Below are positions 56,564 to 64,000 of a stretch of DNA of 64,000 nt, piece after piece. Position numbers and translations under genes: made by a program. The first letter of the stretch is position 1. The number at the start of each line of letters is the position of its first letter. The notes under the pieces were generated by a model, which saw only the letters and a program-made list of their open reading frames with translations, was not told the DNA's origin and made no database searches. Origin of the DNA: an uncultured Candidatus Babeliaceae bacterium (GTDB taxonomy: Bacteria; Babelota; Babeliae; Babelales; Babelaceae); the NCBI GenBank assembly GCA_963704655.1, contig OY969927.1:480001-544000 (forward strand), given 5' to 3'.

Positions 56564-59227
56564 CTAAACTGGCTCACCAGAAGTGGTATCTTCTGCTGGA
56601 ACCAGCCTATGGCTTTCACGGGGTGTAATACCCAAGAGCGCATAAGCCTCATCAGCAAACAGAGTCTCTTTCTCAAGAACGGCCATAGCAAGCTTTTCAA
56701 GCTTATCACGGTTATCTTTAAGAATCTGTAATGCCCGAGCATACTGCGTATCGATAATAGCCTTGATCTCTTGGTCTATAATACGTGCTGTTTCAGGAGA
56801 ATAAGCATAGCTTGAATACTGATTATCATAAATAACAGCGCCCAACTTATCGGACATACCGTACTGACACACCATCTGATGCGCACGTGCAGTAGCGGAC
56901 CTAAAGTCACTCCCTGCACCCGTTGATATCTTGCTAAAAACAAGCTCTTCGGCCGCACGACCACCCAAAGAAACGGCTATATCGGCCAATATCTCAGCCT
57001 TTGAAGTTGAATATTTCTCTTTTTCTTGGATATAATGGGTTACGCCAAGCGCTGGGCCTCGTGGCAAAATGGTTAATTTGTATAAAGGCTGAGTCTCTTC
57101 AGGAAGCATTAATGAAACAAGCGCGTGACCACCTTCATGGTACGCTGTCATCTTAAGCTCTTCTGGTGACATCTTAATAGAATGCATCTGCTTACCCATA
57201 ATAATGATATCACGGGCCTCATCAAAATCATGAATATCGACTTGTTTTTTTTCATGCTTAGCTGCCAAGATAGCAGCTTCATTAACTAAATTAGCTATCG
57301 ATGCGCCAGAAAATCCAACCGTACCGCGAGCAATAACATCCAACTTAACAGTAGGATCGTAGGGAACTGAACGTAAATGAACCGCTAAAATCTCTTCACG
57401 AGCTTTAATATTAGGGTATGGCACTTCAACCTTGCGATCAAATCGACCCGGTCGCAGTAAAGCGCTGTCAAGAATATCTGCTCTATTAGTAGCAGCGATC
57501 ACAATAACCGCTGAACGAGCCGTAGCAAAGCCATCCATTTCAGTAAGTAACTGGTTTAATGTCTGCGCATATTCACGGTCACCACCAGAATCACTTCGCT
57601 TAATACCAATAGCGTCGATCTCATCTATAAAGACAATACTTGGAGAATGCTTACGCGCCTGAGCAAATAACTCACGCACACGTTTAGCACCCACACCAAC
57701 ATACTGTTCAATAAACGATGAACCACTGACAGCAAAAAATGGCCTGCCTGATTCACCCGCTATAGCGCGCGCAAGTAAGGTTTTACCATTTCCTGGGTCT
57801 CCCGTTAAAAGAACACCCTTAGGAATTTGGGCACCCAAGCGTGTATATTTTTCTGGACGAATTAAAAAATCAACAACTTCTTGAAGTTCTTCTTTTGCTT
57901 CATAAGCTCCAGCAACATCGGTAAATTTTGTTTTAACCTGAACCGGCATAAACATCGCCACTTGGGCATTGCCCTCTGCACTTTCAGTGCTACGTGATTC
58001 TAGAATATGCTTATGCGCACGTTCAATATCTTTAGCAGTAATAAAACTTCTATCATTACGAGTTGCAAAAAGGGCAGCCTGATTCATTAAATGTGCCAAA
58101 TCTGCACCACTAAAACCGGCAGTTTCACCTGCAATAACGGCATAATCTACCGATTCATCAACCTTTAAAACACGAGCATGAACCTTTAAAATATCCACAC
58201 GTGCTTGAAAATCTGGAAACGGGATAACGATGCGACGGTCAAATCGTCCCGGACGCAATAGAGCCTTATCCAAAACTTCAGGTCTATTGGTTGCAGCAAT
58301 AACTATAACCGGAATTCCCTGTGAATCAAAGCCGTCTAATTCTGTTAATAACTGATTTAATGTCTGTTCACGCTCATCATTACCACCACCAATACCAGCA
58401 CCGCGTTCACGGCCCACAGCATCAATTTCATCAATAAAGATAATACATGGCGCAAGCTTGCGCGCTTGAGCAAAAAGGTCACGTACACGTGCCGCACCAA
58501 CACCTACAAAAACTTCTATGAAATCTGAACCGGTCGTTGAAAGAAATGGGCAATGTGCTTCGCCTGCAAGCGCTTTTGCGAGTAATGTTTTACCATTACC
58601 AGGCTCACCGATAAAGAGTACGCCTCGAGGAACATGAGCACCGGAACGTTTATATTTTTCTGGATATTTAAGATAATCGATAATATCCTGCAATGCCTCT
58701 TTAGCCTCAGTTGCTCCTGCAACATCTGTGAATCGTGTTTGAATCTCGTTGGGCATAAAGACGCGGGCTTTGTTTTTACTTAAACCAAAAATGCCACCGC
58801 CGCCTGAATCTTTTGGGTTCATCATTTTACGATAAAAAAACCAAATGCCTACAGGAATTATCACAAACCCGAGCACGAGTATAAGCCACTGCCACCAATT
58901 TGATTGGTTTGCAGGAATAATCGTGATTTTAAGATCACTGTTTCTGCTTGAAAGGTGCTCAATATCTTTTTGGTACCCTTCAGGAAGAATCGTTTTAAAT
59001 GGTTCGCCGCTTACCAACTCACCACTTGCCTCTTGGCCGTTAATATCTACCGTTTTTATCTGCTTATTATCGATATTATGCAAGAACTCAGAAAAGGTAA
59101 AAACCTTAACTGCACGCAAATTATCAATTATAGGCGCAACAAGCAAAAAAAGAGCCGCGCAGGTTAGCAATGCAAAAAAGGCTATGCGTGGATCTATGGG
59201 AAACTGTTTAAATCTATTTTTTTTCAT
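56564..59227 (-). CDS. ftsH: ATP-dependent zinc metalloprotease FtsH with tandem AAA+ domains
   Basis: Two TM helices, two full AAA modules (GEPGNGKT and [24 protein letters not shown]), HEGGH. Confidence 0.95.
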   Translation of the reverse strand: MKKNRFKQFPIDPRIAFFALLTCAALFLLVAPIIDNLRAVKVFTFSEFLHNIDNKQIKTVDINGQEASGELVSGEPFKTILPEGYQKDIEHLSSRNSDLKITIIPANQSNWWQWLILVLGFVIIPVGIWFFYRKMMNPKDSGGGGIFGLSKNKARVFMPNEIQTRFTDVAGATEAKEALQDIIDYLKYPEKYKRSGAHVPRGVLFIGEPGNGKTLLAKALAGEAHCPFLSTTGSDFIEVFVGVGAARVRDLFAQARKLAPCIIFIDEIDAVGRERGAGIGGGNDEREQTLNQLLTELDGFDSQGIPVIVIAATNRPEVLDKALLRPGRFDRRIVIPFPDFQARVDILKVHARVLKVDESVDYAVIAGETAGFSGADLAHLMNQAALFATRNDRSFITAKDIERAHKHILESRSTESAEGNAQVAMFMPVQVKTKFTDVAGAYEAKEELQEVVDFLIRPEKYTRLGAQIPKGVLLTGDPGNGKTLLARAIAGESGRPFFAVSGSSFIEQYVGVGAKRVRELFAQARKHSPSIVFIDEIDAIGIKRSDSGGDREYAQTLNQLLTEMDGFATARSAVIVIAATNRADILDSALLRPGRFDRKVEVPYPNIKAREEILAVHLRSVPYDPTVKLDVIARGTVGFSGASIANLVNEAAILAAKHEKKQVDIHDFDEARDIIIMGKQMHSIKMSPEELKMTAYHEGGHALVSLMLPEETQPLYKLTILPRGPALGVTHYIQEKEKYSTSKAEILADIAVSLGGRAAEELVFSKISTGAGSDFRSATARAHQMVCQYGMSDKLGAVIYDNQYSSYAYSPETARIIDQEIKAIIDTQYARALQILKDNRDKLEKLAMAVLEKETLFADEAYALLGITPRESHRLVPAEDTTSGEPV

Positions 59228-59322
59228 AAAGACCTTATCTAGAGATGTGCTTTAGAATTTACTGAATATTAACTAATTATACGCATTTACTATGTTTCTG
59301 TCGAGTTGCCTGACCGCCGCTC

Positions 59323-59351
59323 TGTCACCCTGAACCGCGTTCAGCATGACA
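59323..59351. repeat. TGTCA-tagged REP-like palindrome (collapsed dimer)
   Basis: tgtcaccctgaaccgcgttcagcatgaca; compare 11419-11487. Confidence 0.75.
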
Positions 59352-59392
59352 CTACATACAACTCTTGATTTAAAGCAACTAAAAAACTACTC

Positions 59393-60007
59393 TTGAAATT
59401 AAAATCTTATATATTCAAAAATATGGAGCTTTACATGATTCATAACCATGATCATTTTGAAAAAGACGTTACAGCAGCGGCAAAAAAGCAGCTATACAAA
59501 CATGCCAGCTGGTTCTTAGCACTTGGGATAAGTTTAGTTGCACTTGGTACGCTTGCTATCTATTTTTCAGCATTTAGTACCCTTATCTCTATCTTTTATT
59601 TAGGTCTATTACTTATCGTTTTTGGCATCTTTGAAACTGTTCAATCGACAAACTTAACCCACTGGAGCAGTTTTTTTCTGCATCTATTTTTAGGAGTTAT
59701 TTATATTGTCGGCGGCGGCTTAATTATTGCCCACCCACTGGTGAGTGAAATTAACATCACGCTTTTATTAGCATTCTTTTTTATTGTCGGCGGCTTGTTA
59801 AAAACAATCTTTGCCCTTACGCACCACATGGTTAATAAAGGCTGGCGTATCCTTGACGGCGTCATCACCCTGCTTTTGGGGATTCTTATTTTACAAGAAT
59901 GGCCAGAATCCGGACTCTGGGTTATCGGCATGTTTGTTGGCATTAATATGCTTCTTACTGGCTGGACATGGATTATGCTTTCATATGCCGCAAAACAGCT
60001 AAAATAA
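59393..60007 (+). CDS. hdeD: HdeD/DUF308 family membrane protein
   Basis: Six TM helices; WFLALG, WPESGLWVIGMFVGI; true start may be slightly downstream. Confidence 0.85.
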   Translation: MKLKSYIFKNMELYMIHNHDHFEKDVTAAAKKQLYKHASWFLALGISLVALGTLAIYFSAFSTLISIFYLGLLLIVFGIFETVQSTNLTHWSSFFLHLFLGVIYIVGGGLIIAHPLVSEINITLLLAFFFIVGGLLKTIFALTHHMVNKGWRILDGVITLLLGILILQEWPESGLWVIGMFVGINMLLTGWTWIMLSYAAKQLK

Positions 60008-60009
60008 AA

Positions 60010-60777
60010 TTACTTTATACACTCGTAAATTAATAACGGCGCCTGCACATCTGTTGCGGGCGTTTTGTTATAGTCCTGATATTTTTGAATCTTGGTAAAG
60101 CCAGCATCACGTAAGTATGTTTCAAATTCATCAAAATTATAGAGATACATATAAAAATCTTCAGTTTCGATAGCATCAATAACACTGCCTATAATAGATT
60201 CATAACGGCAAATCGATTTAAAGATTTGTGTTTCTGGGTTATATGTTGGAAATGTGTTAAGCGCGATATATGAACCATCAGCCCGCGTAACGACACCGCG
60301 ACACCACATATTCAATGTTTTTGGTGCAGAGGCAACCGTTTCGATATCCACCACAAACTTCCCGCCAGGAAGTAGCGAATCATACATAATCTTTAAACTT
60401 TTTTTGGAATCTTCAAGATTCTGCATAAGGCCCCATGAACCATAGGGGACAAAAATTAATTGGTATTGCGTATCGCTTGAAAAATCTTGCACAAACTGTT
60501 CCCAAACGGGCGGCTGCTCTGTGCTGATAGCTGCATATTTCTCCTTTAGGGCTTCCAGCATATGCGGCGAGGCATCAAAGCCTTCTATTTCTAAACCTGC
60601 TTGCGCAATAGGTATTAAAAATCTGCCCGTTCCACACATCGGCTCTACAATATTACCCTGGGCATTTTTTGCATAGTCCATATAAAAATCAAGGGCTTGC
60701 TGATCATGCGGGTGCTGCTCAAGATCATAAAATTCAGTACATAAGTTTAAATAAGTAGTTAAGGGCAATCGGGTCAT
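60010..60777 (-). CDS. Class I SAM-dependent methyltransferase
   Basis: VEPMCGTGR, GFDASPHML, LLPGGKFVVD. Confidence 0.9.
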   Translation of the reverse strand: MTRLPLTTYLNLCTEFYDLEQHPHDQQALDFYMDYAKNAQGNIVEPMCGTGRFLIPIAQAGLEIEGFDASPHMLEALKEKYAAISTEQPPVWEQFVQDFSSDTQYQLIFVPYGSWGLMQNLEDSKKSLKIMYDSLLPGGKFVVDIETVASAPKTLNMWCRGVVTRADGSYIALNTFPTYNPETQIFKSICRYESIIGSVIDAIETEDFYMYLYNFDEFETYLRDAGFTKIQKYQDYNKTPATDVQAPLLIYECIK

Positions 60778-60869
60778 AAGGTATTTCTTTATATTAAATT
60801 TTTATGTGGCATAGTATGCTTTTTATAAGTATAACTATACTAAACCCTGACTAAAAGAGTTGGATAACA

Positions 60870-61223
60870 ATGAAAAAATTATTATGCATGGCAAGTGTAC
60901 TATTATTGTTTTTAAGCGATAGATGTTTCTGTTACAACGAAAAATTAGCACAAGATATAAAGCGGGCGCAAGCATTATATTTCTTTCAGCTTCAACTAAA
61001 ACTTTTTGAAAAATTACCAAATAGTTTTAGTTCTGAAAAAAGAGTTCAACAGATAGGCAAAAAACATGGATATTTATCACCGGGTGTATTTAAAAGATAT
61101 CAAAAGCTTAATGCTTTACGAATATTAAATGCACATAAAGAACCAGATGCATTACGCAAACCAAATAAAAAGCTTGTAACGTACGCTGAAAAATTGTTAA
61201 CCGAATTACGGCAAGAACAATAG
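60870..61223 (+). CDS. Small secreted hypothetical protein
   Basis: Signal peptide; ...LNALRILNAH segment. Confidence 0.6.
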   Translation: MKKLLCMASVLLLFLSDRCFCYNEKLAQDIKRAQALYFFQLQLKLFEKLPNSFSSEKRVQQIGKKHGYLSPGVFKRYQKLNALRILNAHKEPDALRKPNKKLVTYAEKLLTELRQEQ

Positions 61224-61228
61224 CATAA

Positions 61229-61258
61229 AAGCAGGAAGAGATTTCTCCCTTCCTGCTT
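61229..61258. terminator. Terminator between convergent genes
   Basis: aagcaggaag/cttcctgctt. Confidence 0.65.
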
Positions 61259-61283
61259 ATTTCAAAATATCTCTATAAAAAAA

Positions 61284-61709
61284 TTAGAGCTGTTTTTCAA
61301 ACGCTGCAAGTTCAGCTTTATGTTTAGCTGCAATTTTTTGAGCTTCTTCAGCATGAGACTTACAAAGCTTTTCCCATTCAGCCATCTGTTTTTTATGTAA
61401 AGCGATCGCTTGTTTTAACTCTTCTTGGAAGAATTTTTCACGAGCTGCATGTGAAGCATCTTCCATATCAGATAAGGCTTTTATTTGACTGTTTTTAAAG
61501 GTTGCCCACTCTGCATGATGTTTTTTCAATAAAGCTACTTTATCCGCCTGACCTTTTTGCATATAATCAAACCACTGCTCTTTATGACCACCACGACCAA
61601 GTTCCATAGTATTAAAAGCTATTAACTGTTCTGCAGCGGTTTTTGGTGCCTTTGCAACAAGATTACCAACCAATACAAGCGCACAGAGCGCTAAAATCTG
61701 TTTTTTCAT
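61284..61709 (-). CDS. Secreted coiled-coil hypothetical protein (start re-called to MKKQIL)
   Basis: GGGAG RBS, signal peptide. Confidence 0.72.
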   Translation of the reverse strand: MKKQILALCALVLVGNLVAKAPKTAAEQLIAFNTMELGRGGHKEQWFDYMQKGQADKVALLKKHHAEWATFKNSQIKALSDMEDASHAAREKFFQEELKQAIALHKKQMAEWEKLCKSHAEEAQKIAAKHKAELAAFEKQL

Positions 61710-61900
61710 AATAAACTCTCCCATTTTAGTGCATAAAAGCACAGTTTAAAAATACATAATTATAGAGATATAACTATTTACTTTAAGTATGACAGATTTA
61801 ATGTCAAAAAATCAAGAGTTTTATGAATTAATTCATAAAGCCATCTAGTGCTGATTTGGACAATTTGACAGAATAGGAAAAATCGACAAATCTAATCCCC

Positions 61901-62791
61901 ATGAAACAAACCAGTCTATTACTATTTCTTTTTATTATTACTACCACCCACTATCTGCATAGTAGATCTGTGGTCTACAACTTCCGTATCGCCCAAATAA
62001 CCAAACAACACCTATTTGAAACGGCCAATCAACGGAAATATACCGTAATCGGCTTACTTTTTGATGAGGTTTCACAAAAAAGATATGACGGGATTCATCG
62101 AAATTATTTCGGTGGCTTAGGGACATTTATTTATACTATTGAAGATTATTTTTTTAGAGCAGATTTTGCTGTGTCACTTGTCCAACAGAAAAGCTTTGAT
62201 TCACATTTTGCTGATACACAAACTGATGATTTTCTTTTTACCTTCGGAAAAAATTTTAAAATCAGTGAAAATGCAGATATAACCCTATCAGGATTATTCG
62301 GTGTGCCAACGCATCCGGTTTATACGCTTATAAAGCCGGAGTTCGGCTTTGGTCAATTTGGATTAGGACTTCAACTTGATAGTGTTTATAAAATTAATCC
62401 CATAAATTCATTAGTATTTGGTGGTCGATATATATATTTTATTCCACGATGCGCACAGAATTCTGAAAAAAACTGCTTCAAATTTACTCAAGGCAATCTC
62501 ATAGATTTTCTTGTTGCAAGTAAAAATGTCTGGGGAAAACATGGTCTTGAAGTTGGCTTTACGCCCAGGTTTGCCTTTGGAGCAAAAATCTGCCCATATC
62601 TTGATGATATCATTGAAAAAAGCAATTACATAAGAACCACCTGGTACGCAGTGTACCAATACAAATTCATGATCAATAATGTAAAAAATAGATTATTGTT
62701 TAATATAGCTAGTGGATTTGATGCTACAGGTAAAAAATACGGTAATAAATATATCGTTTTTATCTGGGGCGCCTGGGATATTAAATTTTAA
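61901..62791 (+). CDS. Putative outer-membrane beta-barrel protein
   Basis: Signal peptide, aromatic/Gly-rich amphipathic strands, C-terminal WDIKF. Confidence 0.55.
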   Translation: MKQTSLLLFLFIITTTHYLHSRSVVYNFRIAQITKQHLFETANQRKYTVIGLLFDEVSQKRYDGIHRNYFGGLGTFIYTIEDYFFRADFAVSLVQQKSFDSHFADTQTDDFLFTFGKNFKISENADITLSGLFGVPTHPVYTLIKPEFGFGQFGLGLQLDSVYKINPINSLVFGGRYIYFIPRCAQNSEKNCFKFTQGNLIDFLVASKNVWGKHGLEVGFTPRFAFGAKICPYLDDIIEKSNYIRTTWYAVYQYKFMINNVKNRLLFNIASGFDATGKKYGNKYIVFIWGAWDIKF

Positions 62792-62811
62792 AATAGTGCG
62801 TTTACGCACCA
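62790..62811 (+). repeat. 22-bp mini-palindrome identical to 8789-8810
   Basis: aaaatagtgcgtttacgcacca. Confidence 0.85.
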
Positions 62812-62827
62812 ACAAGTACAAGATAAT

Positions 62828-63826
62828 ATGAAAAAAGCTTTAGAAAAAAAAGTTTCACAGCCAGATTTTATTGAACCGATGCTTGCAACACTTACCGATA
62901 AATACTTTTCAAGCAATGACTGGCTCTATGAACAAAAGTTTGATGGTGAACGCTGTTTAGCATTCAAAAAAAATGGCTCAGTTCGGCTGCTTTCACGCAA
63001 TAATAAACTCGTGAACACCAACTACCCCGAACTTGTTGATGCGCTCATGCAACAAAAAGCTGATAATTTTATTATAGATGGCGAAATTGTTTCACTTAAT
63101 CCTCAAGGCATATCAGATTTTGAACTTCTTCAAGGCCGCATGAATCTCCAAAAGACCCAAGAAATTCAACTCAAAGAAAAGGCTGTCAAAATACACTATT
63201 GCATTTTTGATCTTATATATACCGACGGACGTGATATCAGACAAATGCCCTTGCTTGAACGCAAAAAACTCTTAAAAAAGTTACTCAATTACAACAAAAC
63301 ACTCGAATATTCTGAACATATTATCGGCGATGGGCTCACATTTTTTAAAAAAGCATGCGGACAAAAGTGGGAAGGTGTTATTGCAAAGCGGATAGACTCT
63401 GAATACGTTGGCGTCCGTTCACGTGATTGGCTCAAATTCAAATGCATCATGCAGCAAGAACTTATTATTTGTGGTTACACCGCACCACAAGGTTCACGCT
63501 CATATTTTGGTGCATTACTTGTTGGTTATTATGACAAAGACAAACTTATCTACGCGGGCAAAGTGGGCACGGGTTACACGCAAGACACCCTTGAAACATT
63601 GGGCAAAAAATTACAAAAGCTCATAATCAAAAAATGTCCCTATACTCTTTACGACGGCCCTACAAAAGATATAACCTGGGTTAAGCCAGAACTTGTTGCT
63701 GAGTTCCAGTTTGCCAACTGGACAAATGCCGGCAAGCTCCGCGTGGGCAGATACAAAGGCTTACGCGATGATAAAGCCGCAAAAGACGTTGTGCAGGAAA
63801 CCGTTAAACCCATCGGCCCGAGATAG
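62828..63826 (+). CDS. ligD: ATP-dependent DNA ligase, LigD ligase domain
   Basis: EPMLA, EQKFDGER, DGEIV, FDL, EGVIAK, WLKFK, GALLVG, GKVGTG, WVKPELV. Confidence 0.93.
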   Translation: MKKALEKKVSQPDFIEPMLATLTDKYFSSNDWLYEQKFDGERCLAFKKNGSVRLLSRNNKLVNTNYPELVDALMQQKADNFIIDGEIVSLNPQGISDFELLQGRMNLQKTQEIQLKEKAVKIHYCIFDLIYTDGRDIRQMPLLERKKLLKKLLNYNKTLEYSEHIIGDGLTFFKKACGQKWEGVIAKRIDSEYVGVRSRDWLKFKCIMQQELIICGYTAPQGSRSYFGALLVGYYDKDKLIYAGKVGTGYTQDTLETLGKKLQKLIIKKCPYTLYDGPTKDITWVKPELVAEFQFANWTNAGKLRVGRYKGLRDDKAAKDVVQETVKPIGPR

Positions 63827-63876
63827 CCCGTCTTCGCGTAACCGCTACTTCGGGCACTCGTGATGAGCGGGTTCAG

Positions 63877-63914
63877 GCCGCTCGTGGTGAGCGCAGTCGA
63901 ATCCATGCGGCCGA
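63877..63914 (+). repeat. REP-like TGAG..TCGAA repeat (uninterrupted allele of 18146-18201)
   Basis: gccgctcgtggtgagcgcagtcgaatccatgcggccga. Confidence 0.85.
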
Positions 63915-63929
63915 TAAAAGAGAATTATT

Positions 63930-64000
63930 ATGAGTATAAAGAAATTAAACGGCCATGAAGTAACTATCGGCCATGAAGATAAACTCTATTTCCCCAAGTC
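63930..64000 (+). CDS. Start of a probable LigD polymerase-domain protein (3'-truncated by the window)
   Basis: MSIKKLNGHEVTIGHEDKLYFPK resembles the PolDom N-terminus (..V.lsnpDKvlfP). Confidence 0.6.
   Translation, partial: MSIKKLNGHEVTIGHEDKLYFPK

Noticed and set aside
58845-59255. 136-aa ORF and the other short antisense or nested ORFs in the track
   Set aside because: They are shadows of well-supported genes (ftsH, mutS, uvrA, dnaE and others) with no independent motifs.

Overview
AT-rich bacterial chromosome segment. The many short signal-peptide-bearing orphan genes among conserved housekeeping genes suggest a host-associated lineage such as Candidatus Dependentiae/Babelota (TM6); this is an inference and was not checked. 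Recognisable genes are argS, lnt, mutS, uvrA, two S49/SppA-like peptidases, tRNA-His, tRNA-Pro, rodA, ruvB, an ABC-F ATPase, yebC, yicC, a frameshift-split dnaE, PIN-PhoH, thrS, a histone H1-like protein, nth, a Xer-type recombinase, mrdA, a Nudix hydrolase, rpsT, rpmB, an FtsH with two AAA+ domains, hdeD and a split ligD. The most striking feature is two paralogous small GIY-YIG nuclease genes, each bracketed by long inverted arms built from REP-like hairpins (stem-TGAG-loop-TCGAA-stem). These hairpins are nested inside each other at a fixed TGA^G position and are also dispersed elsewhere: behind both tRNAs, beside ligD and at 18.1 kb. The layout resembles REP/RAYT loci, but with a GIY-YIG enzyme instead of an HUH transposase. 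Other candidates are a 7TM-linked, apparently catalytically dead sigma54-activator-like protein next to two small secreted DPGT peptides (one not in the ORF track), a new Cys-rich HPKA repeat family, cassette-like gene accretion at the rodA 3' end, and a possible small RNA upstream of argS.
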